This document shows, piece after piece, positions 1 through 14,696 of a DNA stretch of 64,000 bases. This stretch comes from Octopus bimaculoides (taxonomy: Eukaryota): assembly GCF_001194135.2 (NCBI RefSeq), contig NC_068993.1:61459896-61523895 (forward strand), written 5' to 3'. The notes below the pieces were generated by a model. The model did no database searches. It was not told the DNA's origin and saw only the letters and a list, made by a program, of their open reading frames with translations. Numbering within the stretch: the first letter of the stretch is position 1; each line of letters opens with the position of its first letter. Made by a program: the position numbers and the translations under genes.

Positions 1-59
1 GTGCAGTAAACCCCAGTTGATTGAGTTGATTTAAGGTTTATTTATCAGCAGTGCAACTA

Positions 60-995
60 CAGATTTGTTTAGATTTGCTTCTATTAAATAATTTTCTGTA
101 ATGGTGGTTAATTGAGAAATGCTTATTTATGAAAGCTAGAAAAATTTTGGCAATATTAGACTTAAACTTCAAAGAAGCAGAAGGTGTAAACCAGATGATG
201 TTACAGACTCTGTTTCTTTGAATTGGACAGTAAGGTGTGAAGGATATATGTGATGTAAGTCTTTGAATCTGCTTGCTTTTAACACTTTATTATAATACTT
301 TATTTGATGACAAGTTGGAGATTCTTCTGCTGATATTACTACTGAGACTTTTGAAAATTATGAGTGGATGTCAGGAGTCTATATTAATATATGTGAGATT
401 GCTGTAAGATATGTGCTTGTCTGTGTTTAAATTGAGGATAACAGCTAAGAAATTTATAATGGCGATAGTGTTCTTGGGCTGAAATATACGAAAGATGTTT
501 ATAAGGTAATTTTTAAAAGTATCTAATGAATATTCATTGTCATGTTGAAATATAGTCAACCCATCATCTCTGTAGAAGCTCACTTTTATTGGGATAGATT
601 TCTTGGTGGATCTAAACTGTATTGGCCACCCACATTGCCAAAGTACTCTCTACTATGTCAAATAAACTTGTGGGGTCTTAATTTTGTTTTTTAACCTCCA
701 GACAGAATCATCATCATTTAATGTCCATGTTCTATGCTGGCAATGTATTCAAAGAGTTTTCCTTATGTGCATAATATATCATTATCATCTGTATTATCTT
801 ATATCCTAGTAAATTCTAGGGTACTGAAGAGCAGAGGTTTAGCAATAACAGGATTAAAATTGAACAACATGGATTTGGGTAAACTTGGTGTAGTCCTTAT
901 AAATTTCAATAATTTGATTAATGACTGTAATGCTGTACATCGATTATTAGAGGTTATTTGACTTCCTAATTTTTCTCTTAATGTTGCTTAAGATT
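60..995 (-). mobile_element. Degenerate Penelope-like retroelement (PLE) reverse transcriptase fragment
   Basis: Minus-strand translation across stops and frameshifts gives PLE-type motifs in order: F.PVIAKPLLFSTLEF (like FYPSI..LL..AL.F), FYRDDGL (RT catalytic), INFLAVILNLNT...YINIDS*HPLII (like FLDVTLDL...YIN..SNHP..I), and RNIIWFTPSASLKFKSNIAKIFLAFINKHF...KLFNR (like RNIIWFNPP.S..V.TNIG..FL.LI.KHF..K.FNR). Confidence 0.8.
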
Positions 996-1004
996 TTTTT
1001 ATCA

Positions 1005-1385
1005 TCATCATTTAACATCCATTGTCCATGCTGGAAGGCTGCACCAGAATCCAGTCTGATTTGGCATGGTTTTCTATGGACGAATACCCTTCCTAATGCC
1101 AACCACTCCAACAGTGTAATGGGTGCTTTTACGTGCCATTTGTGTGACACGTGTATCTGCCATGACTGCAATTTTGCTTGGCTTCATGGGTCTTCTTCTC
1201 AAGCCCAACATAATGCCAAAGGTCTTGGTCATTGCCTCCATGAGGCCCAACACACGAAGAGAGCTTGGTCACCTTGCCTCTGTAAGGCCCATTCAAAAGG
1301 AACTCAGCCACCTTGCCTCTGTGAGGCCCAACACTCAAAAGGAACTCAGCTACTTTGCTTCTATAAGGCCCAATGCACCTTATTA
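1005..1385 (-). mobile_element. SINE/LINE-tail repeat (family C) with internal ~40-bp tandem units, abutting the PLE fragment
   Basis: Reverse complement matches the copies at ~34790-35190 and 39050-39420 (shared ggcatccagc/aaaccatgccaaatcagactgg core). Three to four aggccca...ccttgcctctgt units lie at 1240-1375. Confidence 0.6.
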
Positions 1386-2759
1386 ATTAATCCAGTCTCT
1401 GTTTTTCCAGGATTCATTTGATTAATTTGCATTTGAGATGGGAAGCGAAATTAACTCTATGGGCCTTAAATGTGATGTAACTTTGGTTCTGGCTAACACA
1501 TTCTATTCTGTTACTTGATTGTATAGTCTTTGCCTCAATATTTTCATTTCTAGTGCAGTACTCATCAAAAAATGACAGGTTTATTTGAGTACAGAATAAA
1601 TTATGTAAACATGGTTGAAGGAAAATTTATAAATAAAATATTTCATATCACATTTGGATATTTTTATGTGAAGAATGTTATTGTGTCATTGTCAGTCATT
1701 TGTCACCATAGATTCTTAATCTGTCTGTCTTTTTGCCTGCCTGTCTGTCTCTCTCTTCCGCCCCTTCTCAGTTTGTATCTTCTTTTGCTTCTTTTATCCT
1801 CCCCACAAATACTTTGGTTTGTAAATATTACTTTTTCACATTTCTTCCCTATTCTAAAGTTATCTCTCTTCTTTCCACTTTCTCCCTCGTTTGTTATTAC
1901 TTACTCATGTACACCTCTCCTTCTCTCATGTTTTTCTCTCTGTCCTTCCAATATTTCACTGTATTGTTAGTATGTTTTCTATGGACTTTCTCTCTCTCTC
2001 TTCATCTAATACACTTTACACTTCTCTCAGCACAGTCACTGCTTTCTCCTTCCATATTCCTGAAACATGACAGAAAAATATATTCCAGTGAACAAAAATG
2101 TGACACACTTTTAGACATTATAAATTTGCACTCACTCTGGCATTATAGTTTTAGTTAACATCCTTGTTTAGCAATTACTTATGGGTTCCACTCTCTACTT
2201 GTATCAGGATATACGCAAGTTTTTTTTTGTTTTTTATATAAATATATTTTCTTTAATAGTCTTAATATCAAAGTTTTAACTTTGTTTTTGTATAACTTTA
2301 ACTGTTGGATATTTTACTTGAGAGATCATATTCAAATGCTCTTAGTCTCTCATACACACACACACACAGGCATGCACATGTGTGTGTGCATTGACTCACA
2401 CACACAGACATGCACGTTGTGTGCATTGACACATACACACACGTGTATGCATTGACATACACACAGACATGCACATATGTGTGTGCATTGACACACACAC
2501 ATTTCTGCATGTATGTCTCTAACTACAAATATGTAACACTATCATTTGTTTTGGTGGTGATGTCATTGTGATCTTTGTTGTTGTTGTTTCTTTCTTTCTG
2601 ATGTTTTTCATTGTATTGGTCACAGTAAAAGCAGTTGTCATTGTTTTTGTTTTATTTCTGTCCTCACACACCTAAAATGATTATTGTAGATGTGTTGTGT
2701 CAGTTATTTACCAATTCCTAACTCTACCAAGTCAAACGTTTTCCTATCTCTTGTTTCAG

Positions 2760-2852
2760 CAATGTCAAAGAGATAGTGGCAGTAAACTTTCTCTGAAAGA
2801 TTTGATTGCAAGACCTATTCAGCGGATACCCAGATATGAACTGCTAATACAG
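2760..2852 (+). CDS. ARHGEF17: ARHGEF17-like exon (DH domain) [31 protein letters not shown]
   Basis: ttgtttcag| acceptor, |gttagt donor, 93 nt, phase 0/0. Confidence 0.93.
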
Positions 2853-4807
2853 GTTAGTGATCTCCCTCCCTCTCTCTCTCTCTCTCTCTGACCTATCTGT
2901 TTATCTAGTTCACATTTCCTTGTAATACTTCCTTTCTTTTTTTCCCCACTTTTCTCAGCACAGCTACTCCTTTCTCATTCCATATTCCTAAAAACATATT
3001 ATTGATTTTTTTTCAAGTTTATCTTTTATCTTTCACCTTTTACTTGTTTCAGTCATTTGATTGTGGCCATGCTAGGGCACTACCTTGTAGTCAAACAAAT
3101 CAACCGCAATACATATTTTGAAGCCTGGTATTTATTCTATTGATCTCTTTCGCAAAACTGCTAAGTTATAGGAACATAAACAAACCAAACAAGTTGTCAA
3201 AGAAACACAGACACATATATGATGGGCTTTCACACAGTTTCTGTCTACCAAAGTATCATATTTGGTTTGAACATAAGTACAAAGCCAGAAATTCAGTTTC
3301 AAAACGAAAAATAAGTTTCATTCAAGGCAATTTTTCAACTGATGGGATCGTGTGCATAACAAAACCCTTGGGTGCCACAGAGGGGGACTGAACCCAAGAG
3401 CATGTGGTTGCGAAGCTAGATTCTTAACCACACAGCTACGCCTTGTTACACACTTTTTAAATTTTGAGTTCAAATCTTACTAAGACCTCTTTTACCTTTC
3501 ATCATTCTGAGGTTTATAAAAAAAAAAAAAAGACAGCCCATAATTACTAGGGTTGATGTAACTTGACCATATCTTTGAAGGCAGTGCTCTAGCATGGCCA
3601 CAATCCAGTGACTGAAACCAGTGAAAAGGCACACATGGATGCACACACACACACACACACAATATTTATCATTGTGTTATAGTTATTCACCCAGGAAAAA
3701 GAAAAATCATTAATAAAAAGAAAATTTTTTAAAATGCAANNNNNNNNNNNNNNNNNNNNNNNNNNNNNNNNNNNNNNNNNNNNNNNNNNNNNNNNNNNNN
3801 NNNNNNNNNNNNNNNNNNNNNNNNNNNNNNNNNNNNNNNNNNNNNNNNNNNTCTGCTGTTGGCACCAGGTTCACCACCACCACCACCACCACCTCCATTA
3901 CATAGCCTCATCACTGGCAATCTCTATCGTGATCATCCACCACCACCACCACCACCACCTCTGCAATCATTGATACCTTTGCTATACCACTTCCATACTT
4001 TTATTGTAGTCACCACCACCACCACCATTGTGGTGATGATGGTGGTGGTGCTGCTGCTGTTGTTGGTAGAAATGCTGTGATGCAACCAATATTGAGTATT
4101 GGTGGTGGTGGTGGTGGTGGTGGTGATATTGATGGTAGCAGTTGTAATAATAGTGGTTGTAGTAGTAATTTTTGTTTGTATTGGTGGTAGTATTTGGTAC
4201 TGTTTGAGATGCTGGGTTAAGGTGTGTATGTCTTGGGGAACTTGGGTTTCTTATAGCAGATGTTGATATTTTCTGAGAGAGAGAAGAGAGAGAGAGAGTG
4301 AGAGAGACATTGCAAATACGATGCACACATATTCAAACACATGTACAGATGTTGAAATATATAGTTAAATACAATTCAGGTAAAAGCCTTGTAGAATGCT
4401 GTGCAAAGCTCATCCACAGTTATTGGCTACCTGATGTCATCATACAGTGGAAATGCTCCTGCTACTAGATGTACATCAGGAATTCCTTAATATCCATAAA
4501 CTGCTGAAAACGACTCATCACGTTGGGTATACATTCTCACACTGAGTGAAATGATGGCAGGATCTAAGGAAGAACTTACTTAATCACCTGAGGAGGTGCA
4601 TTGGAGGGATGACAATGATTGCATGAAATCTCACCTGTGTACTTGGGTGTAGAAATGTGTTGAAATAAATGTAGTGATTTTAAATATATCATTCGTTCCA
4701 TTTTCTATCTATCTATCTATTTATCTGTCTGTCTGTCTATCTATCTAATTATCTATCTATCTATCTATCTAATTATCTATCTATCTATCTATCTAATTAT
4801 CTATCTA

Positions 4808-4843
<36 letters not shown>

Positions 4844-5815
4844 ATTATCTATCTATCTATCTATCTACCTAGCTATCTACCTAGCTATCTACCTAGCTAT
4901 CTATCTATCTACCTATCTATCTACCTATCTATCTAATTATCAATCATCTATCTACCTGCCTCTCTCCCCCTTGATTGATGGTCTGGCCCTGGGGAATGAA
5001 TTCTCAATGCATAATACAACATTTCCGGGGGTGACATTTGTGGCAGGTCTTCCAGGTCGCTCATCATCTTCCAGGGATGTTCTTCTGATTTTGAAGTGAC
5101 TGTGCCATTTGAAAAATTACCTATGACCCATTTTGCCTCTTCACCGTAGGCTCGTCAAAGCATGCTCAATCTTTCTGTCATAGACTTCCCAAGTTTAACC
5201 CAAAATTTCTCACTGGCGCTTTGTTCCTGTCCATGATGAAATTGTAGACTGTGCATACACGTGATCACAAAAACAAAACAAAAAAAATTTCACAACTTGT
5301 GAAGAAAACACAGCAATGTCACTCGGTACACTGCTTCATGAAGGTCACTGCCATCTCTCACTGCGTATGCAACCATGTGCTGCCATCTGTTGGCATGCTA
5401 CAGAATTAGCCTGGGAAGATTTTGATAGCATTTCGTATACACAGCTATTCAAGAAACAGCTGTAAGAGACTCCTTTATTTATCTGATACCTTTTACTCCA
5501 ACAACTCCATTGTAACAACTTCACAATTACGTTTGAATAATGAACTCTATGCTCTAAAGTAATACCACATGTTTTCCCTGTTCATTCTTTCTTTCTAATA
5601 TATATTTTCCTCCCACTCAATGATGAACCACTTATAGCCATCTGTTGCTAGGCAACTACAACACCACTTTTCGTTTTAGTTGCAGTTCAAGTCAGAGTGT
5701 TAAGTGGTAAACCAAACCCGAGCACTTATTGTATATACCTATTGCATTACGTCATTAATGCAATTTTATCTGCACTTATACATATGTATACATACACACA
5801 TGCACACGCACACAT

Positions 5816-5848
<33 letters not shown>

Positions 5849-6531
5849 AAAGCACACACACTATTCTACTAAATTTGCTTCAGTACTATTTCTGAAGAAT
5901 CTGAAAAAAGAAACTGTCAGTAAAATAGTTTTCTTGAATTTGTTCAGCCTTTTTACTCTCTTTCCAGTATTGAGTACTTCGTAATCATTGCTGTTTGTAC
6001 GTCTGTACAATTACTTAGATTTAATAATACATTTTGTTTGTTTATTGCATAAACGTGTATGTGTGTGTGTGTGATAAAAAGAAAAGCCTAATGAAGAAGA
6101 TTAAATCCATTCTTTTGAAAAAGAAATGTTTGTTAAAAGTTGGCACCTAAACCTCACTGGTGTCTTATTTCTTTGGTTCCAATCAGATTCCACTGATAGT
6201 GGTAATTGTTTTTTGGTACGACCTGGTGGCAGGGGTCAACTGAAATCTTGCCCCACCTTAGAGAGTACTTCTCACTCTAAACAACCAGCCTCCTCCTTTA
6301 CCCCACTCATCACAGCTTGTGTATGCGTGTGCATATTCATACACATACATATACACACACACATACATACATATATACATACATACACATATATACATAC
6401 ATACACATATATACATACATATATTTACACACACATACCCATATATATATATATATATATACATACACATTTATATACACATACATATATATGTGTATAT
6501 AAATATATATATATAAACACACTTTTATATA

Positions 6532-6579
<48 letters not shown>

Positions 6580-6751
6580 TATATATATGTATGTATATAT
6601 ATACACTTATATATATATATACACAAACACACATAAATAAATGTGTGTGTATATATGTGTGTGTATATATATATATATAAATGTATGTGGTGTATACATA
6701 CATTTATTCATCCACATACTTGCACAGGCAAACATAAACATACAATATTCT

Positions 6752-6784
<33 letters not shown>

Positions 6785-8315
6785 CAGGGTGTGTACGTGA
6801 CTTTGATTCTAAAGAGGGTTTTCTTAGCCAGAATTAATGCGAAGTGTTAGTCAGCCGAGATTGCACTCCATCACAACTGGGTGGTTATCAGACCCTGTGC
6901 ATGTTGAGTCAGAAGGAAAAGTCTCCTTCCTTCATATGTGTGTGTGTGTGCGCACGCACGCATACACACACATACATACAGGACCTTCACATACGCATGC
7001 TCCCTCACATACTCATGCATGAACACATACAGGTGTTGCATATACACACACATATACACACACACATTTTTGTGATAATCTGGAAGTCTGTTTCTTTGAC
7101 AGCAACAGTTGCTATGATGATGATGATGATGATGACGGTCATGATAGCGATGTGGTGGAGGTTGCAGTAATAGTGGTCGTGGTCCTTGTAATTATTGCAG
7201 TAGTAGCAGTAGTGGTGGTTGTAGTGATAATAGTAGTGATGGTGGTGGTGGTGGTGGTGGTAGTTGAAGTAGTAGTATTGGTGGTTGTAGTAGTGGTGAT
7301 GATGATAGTTTTTGTAGTTGTAATGGTAGTGGTGGTGGTGGTGGTGGTGATGGTGTTCCTTGTATGTCCTCACCCTCAATCTTATCCACTATTTTCTTAT
7401 CCTAAACGTTGTTTGCTATATTTTCTGCAAAAAAAAAGAAGAAAAAAAAGAAGAAAAAATAAATGAATGCAGAAAAAAAAATGAAGTGAGATAAAATGTA
7501 GAAGGAGATATATGGAGATAGGGCCTGGGGTAGACAGAAATAAACCTGTCTTCTGGTGGAAATCTTTGTGAATGAGTCATTCACAGAATGGTGTATTGGT
7601 GGTACTGTAAGATTAAAATCTAAGGAAACCTTTAAACTGCAGCATTTATTTTTGTCTTAGTTAGGGAGGAGCCCTTAACTGACGGAACCCCTGGTCATAA
7701 ATGAAAGTTGCTTCGTTTATTTTCCTCTTCTATCTTACACACACACACACCAGGCATATCTTGGTCATTTTTGGACCTCTACTGGATCGAGTCACTTCTG
7801 TTAGTTTTAGGCCTTCCTACCTGTCCATGCTAGCCAAGTGCAGGCTGCATGAGGTGTTCCTGTAGACAGATGATTAGCCCTGGCTGTGAACACCTAGGCA
7901 TAATCTGAGCCTAGAACAACACAATCCTTATGGGTTCCCTAAAATAAAATAGCAGCCAAATATTGAGGTTGGTGTAATTCACCAACATCGCTTCCTCTCC
8001 CAGTTTTTTGGCCATTGTATGTGAGAAATGATGATTACCTCCCCCTTGGCGAAGGCGGAGGTATTGTTTTCAGTTGTGCTTGATTGTTTGTTTGTCCGTG
8101 GACAAGATGTCTCAAGAATTGCTGGATGGATCCAGATGAAACTTTTAGTGGTGTTTGGCCTCGTGACTGGCATGAAATGATTAGATTTTGGGATCGATCC
8201 GGTACCAGACAAGGATTCTGGATTATTTGTTATATTTACTTTACTTTAAAGATTACGATCTTAACATTGACTTTCAAGTCTTTCTCAATTATCTCCCTTT
8301 AGGCTGTTTCCTGGA

Positions 8316-8356
<41 letters not shown>

Positions 8357-10909
8357 AAAACCCTTTGTATATCGTCTTGTGTTGTCCTTTAATGTTTTGA
8401 TTCATATTAGCCCTTGTGGCCAATAGAAAGGATTATTATTATTATTAAGGTGGTGAGCTGGCAGAAACATTAGCACGCCGGACAAAGTGCCTAACAATAT
8501 TTTGCCTGTCGCTACATTCTGAGTTCAAATTCCACTGAGGTCAACCTTGCCTTTCATCCTTTTGGGGCCGATAAATTAAGTACTAGTTGTGTACTGAGGT
8601 AAATCAAATCTACTGACTCCCTACCCCGAAATTTCAGGCCTTGTGCCTTTAGTAGAAAGGATTATTATTATTAGTCTTCAGTCAGATCTGAATAGTCTTG
8701 TCTTTGGCAAAGAAATAATAATCAATTGCTTGTGGAGAGATCAATCTGCAAATAATACGACTTGCTGTTGTTGCAGTCGCTGTTCAATCCAGGTCGATCC
8801 TGATCCAAGATACCACTATTGGAAGGCAATCCAGCCATAACCAACCCATAATGTTTTTCAGACATAGTGTACCTTCAAGAACTTTATCCACTATGTCTTT
8901 TTTTTTTCCTTTCTCCCCGCCCCCTTCCAGACAGTAGGATATGTTTTGAGGAGATTTGGTTGCCATTCTCAAAGGTCAAACAATTCACAGAAAAAGACGA
9001 ATCGTGCTATATTAATAACTTGGCTGCATTACACCACAACCTGTTATATTACACTATTCCTAGCTTGGTCATCAAACCGTATAGTTCCTGTTAGCGAGCA
9101 GATATATCGTTTTGCTTTTAATGTTACTGTCCAACTTAATTTAGCAGAAACCTTTGATGTTGTTCCTATTGCTGTTGCTCTTGTTGTTGTTGTAGCAGCA
9201 TCTCTTCTTTTCTGCGTTGGCTTTGTTCACCTGAGTCTTTAATTTCAGTTCTGTATTCCATGCACAATGAACCATTTATGTATTGTGCAGTGGCCCTCTC
9301 CGACTGCCTGCCTCTCTGTCTGTGACTTTGTCACCTACAGCTGTGCATTCACACTTCTTTCCGTCATGTTGTGAAGCAAGAATTAGCCCCAGCTGGAGGC
9401 ATGGCTGTGTGGATAAGAAGCTTGCTTTCCATTCGTATGACCTTGGGTTTGATCCCACTGTAGGATACCATAGGCAAGTGTCTTCTACTATTCTACTACA
9501 CCCCAGGCCAACCAAAGCCTTGTGGGTGGATTTGGTTGATGGAAACTGAGAGAAACCTGTTGTATATGGATGTAGCTGTGTCTGTGTTTTGTCCTCACAG
9601 GATAAAAAATTTTTTCTTACAAGGAAAAATTATTATTAAATTTCAGCCCTTTTGCCTATAGATTATTATTATTTTAAGGCACCAAATTGGCGGTGTTGTT
9701 AGCACGCCAAGTAAAATGCTTAGCGACATTTTGTCTGTCTCTACTCTACATTCTCAGTACTTTGTCCCACATCTTTTGAGGTCTACTCCTTCCACAAGTT
9801 CCCTCTGTCTTTACAATATTCTGGTCTGCAGGTACATTCATGAAGTTCCATTCTTGACGAAGATCTATCCTTTAAGGTCTTTCTGTCAGAGAGTAATTTC
9901 TGGTCAGTTATGTTGCAGCTTCTTCTCTATGTATTATTATTATTATTATTCCAAGGTCAGCTTTGCCTTTCATCTTTTGGGGTCAGTGAAGTAAGTAGTA
10001 GGGTCAGTGTAATTGATTAGGCCCTTTCTCCAAAATTTCAGGCCTTGTGCTTATAGTGGAAAGGATTACTGTTATTATTATTATTTCTCCTCTACCATTT
10101 TGTTTAGCGGCTCCTTGAGAACACCCCTAAAGACCATCCTGACTCACCGTTACTCATGCAAGCGGAGAAAGTGATGCATGAAATAGCTTTGAAGATTGGT
10201 TCCATCAACGACAGCCAACAGGAAGAAGGCCAGCATGAAACACTTCGGAAATTAGAGTTGCTGCTAATCACAGATGTAAGTATTAGCTTTGTTTGTGTCA
10301 CTTGCTTTTGGTTTCAGTTCCATAGGCATCACATTACTTTGGTAGTTGCAGACTCTTTGAAGAATGGAACATCAGACAACAAAACTCTGCCCTGGTGATA
10401 TTTGTTCATCCATTGTGCCAGCTTACTCCCATCTTTCTCTCTCTCCTTCCTTTCTTCCTTTACCAAATCTGTGTCTAATTCCAGTATTATTCAACAACTG
10501 AACTTGCCCTTCTGGCTTTCTTCTCTCTACCATAATACTGTCTTGCCCCTACACCTTCAATGCTGCACTCATCAAAGCCTCCTCTTCTCATCTCTTATAA
10601 CCAGTAATATTTTGTTTTATTTTTGTTTGTAGTTAGCAGCACCTGACCGAACTTACCTGCGCCATGATATGGTACAGATAATGGTAAGTTCATGCTTTTT
10701 TCTTCTGTTCCATTGATTTTTTTTTAAAATCATTTTTGACATATGATTTATCTCTCCTTGTTTCAAAGTAACTCAAAATAAATCTGTCACAGAATCATTT
10801 GTATTCATGCACTCACATACACACACACACACACATCAAGAAGCTTTGTGTGTATTTGTATGTGTGAGTTCTTTAATTCTTCGGATGAGTATATCTTTGT
10901 CATGTGTGT

Positions 10910-10944
<35 letters not shown>

Positions 10945-10969
10945 GGAGATATGGGAATAGTTTGTTTGT

Positions 10970-11012
<43 letters not shown>

Positions 11013-12983
11013 TATTGGTGTGTGATGTCTGTATTTAGTGGTAGGTACATATATATGATATTTGCATGTTCAAGAGGAGTGTGTGTGTGTGTTTGTGTGT
11101 GTATATTTGATTGTGTGTGAGTGTGTATGTTGTGTTTTTATATTCAACAATGGTCACAGTGATCAGTGAGGTAGTTTCTATGTGTTTACTGAGTCTGCTA
11201 GAAACAACAGCGAAATCTCTCACACACCCTACTGTCTTGAATAAAAAGGATGGACATAATGGAAGCTGTAGTGTGTGATTAATTACATCTGCAACGGTGT
11301 GGTCATGGGTAGAAGGCTTTTCATCATAGATCTGCTTGATCAAGGTCAGCAACAACACCACCACCACCACCACCACCACCACCACCAACCATGCTTACCA
11401 GTTAATAAAGAGATTGTATACACAGGTCAGTTGTTGTCACATTATGCTGTGTGAGGTTACTTCACCAGCTCTTATANNNNNNNNNNNNNNNNNNNNNNNN
11501 NNNNNNNNNNNNNNNNNNNNNNNNNNNNNNNNNNNNNNNNNNNNNNNNNNNNNNNNNNNNNNNNNNNNNNNNNNNNNNNNNNNNNNNNNNNNNNNNNNNN
11601 NNNNNNNNNNNNNNNNNNNNNNNNNNNNNNNNNNNNNNNNNNNNNNNNNNNNNNNNNNNNNNNNNNNNNNNNNNNNNNNNNNNNNNNNNNNNNNNNNNNN
11701 NNNNNNNNNNNNNNNNNNNNNNNNNNNNNNNNNNNNNNNNNNNNNNNNNNNNNGTGGTCCCCTTCTTCTAAATGGTTGCCTATGCTCGATCTAGAATATC
11801 ATGAAGTCCAGTCTGAAGAAAATTTATTCACATAGATGCAGGAGTGGCTGTGTGGTAAGTAGCTTGCTTTCCAACCACATGGTTCCGGGTTCAGTCCCAC
11901 TGTGTGGCACCTTGGGCAAATGTCTTCTACTATAGCCTTGGCCCAACCAAAGCCTCGTGAGTGGATTTGGTAGATGGAAACTGAAAGAAGCCTGTCGTAT
12001 ATATATGTATATGTTTGTGTGTCTGTGTTTGTCCTCCCAACATTGCTTGACAACCAATGCTGGTGTGTTTAGGTCCCCATCACTTAGCAGTTTGGTAAGA
12101 GTGACCGATAGAATAAGTACTAGGTTTACGAAGAATAAGTCCTGAGGTCTATTTGCTTGACTAAAGGCAGTGCTCCAGCATGGCCACAGTCAAATGACTG
12201 AAACAAATAAAAAAACCAGTTAGACCACCCCCTTGCACTTTTGCATAATGGACAGCAGTTCTTCAGAACCTGTTGCACTGTGCTTATATGTTCTCGTAGT
12301 CTCTGTTGATGGTCTTCAGGATTTCCTGAAAGTGTTGGTACCATGTGGACACTTAGTCTTCCCCATCGGCTTCGACCTGCGTATGTGTGGGGGGTGGGGG
12401 GTGTTGGTCCGTCTCGATGCTGTTTCTGGACATCGATGATCTGACTGAAGTAGTCTGTGACCAACCAGTTGCATTCTTCCTTTTCCTTTATTCTAGTTGT
12501 CGTTGTTGTTGTTTGTTGTTGTTACAGAGCAAGAAAGACCAGTGCTGTATATGGATGTTTAGTGATCTGATCATAATCAGCAGCACCAAACGGAAGAACG
12601 GACCTGTGACCAAGAAAGTTTCCATCATTCTGTAAGTCTTGTTTACTTTTGATAATGGTCATCGTCTTCATTACTGAGGCCACAGCTGTCATCACTCACC
12701 GTGACCACCACTCCTCAGCACTCTTCATAACCATCACCTCCTCCTCCATCACCAACCTTCTTACTACTGTCAGTATCATCACTGCCACCACCTTTATTGT
12801 CATCACCAACATCACCATTGTCGTAAACAATACTACCTCTAATATCCCTGTTCCTATTATCAAAACCACCATCATCATCATCATCAACAACTGTGGAATC
12901 TGGCTGTGTGTGGGAGACACCATATCTGCAATTTCTCTCTGTCTATGTATGTGTGTGCGTGTATATATATAAATATATATGTG

Positions 12984-13018
<35 letters not shown>

Positions 13019-14636
13019 ATGTGTATATGTATGTATGTGTATATATGTATGTATATATATGTATGTGTATGTATATATGTCTGTATATATATATGTATGT
13101 GTATGTATATATATATGTATGTGTATGTATATATGTCTGTATATATATATGTATGTGTATGTATATATATATATATGTACATGTATGCATATATATATAT
13201 GTATGTATATGTATATATGTACGTGTGATCTGAAAAACCTGTCTGGCCTTGGAAGAATATGACTTAGTATGGAAACAGGTGAGGGTTGGCAGAGGAACAG
13301 CTTTAAAAAAAAAATCTGTCTCTACAAAAGCAATATTAGTTCTCTCTATCTTCGATGAATGATGTTTTCATATTGATTTTCATTATTATATTATTTAATT
13401 TAAGATACGTTTTATAGTGTTTTTCAAATTTTATTAATTTTTGTGTTGTTCATTATTAATTTTCCAGACAATCCCCAACAGGTCAAGATTTTGCTGAGAA
13501 TATAAAACACAAAATTTGCTTAAGAGTTGGACTTGATGATATTGAGGTTTTGAAAGGTGAGAAAGAGCATTTCCTTTTGATAATCACTGGCGCTTATACT
13601 TAAAGTGGTCAATCCTGGGCGCTGGACATTTGGTGTTATGCCATTGTGATTCATTAGATAAACTCGTTTCATTCTACAAGCTTTGGAAGAGGCAACAGAG
13701 AAAATACTAAATTCTCATGCTCTCTTCTTGAAAATAGAAATAATATATTTCTAAACAATAGCATTCTTCCCTTTCATGAGAGTGTCACATTAAGTTGACA
13801 ACATACTATCACTTTATCGTGCTGCTACAGCCATAAATCTCTGAGAGATTTAGAAATATATTATTTCTGTTTTCAAAAGCGGGATAAGTTAGAGTTGAAT
13901 TTAGAATTTTCAGAAACTGCTGTGGTGTAGAAGAGAAGAGATCTAAAGTTTTGGAAAAGTCCAAATTCTATCACCAGCACTGTACTTTGTCTCTGACAAA
14001 GACACTTTAATATTTTTTCAATCTTTGATTCAATATACCTTCTTTTAAGTAGGAACTACAGGTAAGTTGCATCTTGTCCTTGTTAATTGGTAGAATTGGT
14101 AATGGTTTCATTAAGTTTCACTTGTTGGTCCAAATTCTCCTATGAGGAAACTCTCCTATACCTCTCCCCTACACTTTTCTGTTCAAGTGCCTAATGTTAG
14201 AAATTATTACACTCACCAGTGTGCTAACATTTATGTCATCATCCTCACCACCACCACCGTCATCACCACCACCACCATCATCACTACCACCACCACTATC
14301 ATCATCATCATTATCTTCTATGTTGATGGTGCTGCTGTCTGTGTTATCCTGAGATTTAATCTCTGTAATATTTATCATCTGACATTTCATCTTTTGTCTG
14401 TTTGTGTTGCCGTTTCTAAAGACCCCAGTTCTTTGTCCCAACGATCAACAATTGAAAGAGAACAAATTGAGGACGACATGCATTTGTTGAACCAAATCTC
14501 CGATATTTCAAGTCGACTGAACTGTTCTAAACAGGTAAGACTACACCTTTTTTTATTTATTTATTTATTTCTTGTACCCCTGCTATCTCACCTTGTTATA
14601 TTATTTCATCTAGATGGAAACTGAAAGAAGCCCAAC

Positions 14637-14696
<60 letters not shown>

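Noticed and set aside
6126-6680. 184-aa ORF and the many other YI/HT/VC/polyH/polyV ORFs (for example 7005-7466, 12696-13262, 17800-18183)
   Set aside because: They are translations of microsatellites. The unique 5' part of 6126 does not fit the DH domain, which is already continuous between exons 2852 and 10108.
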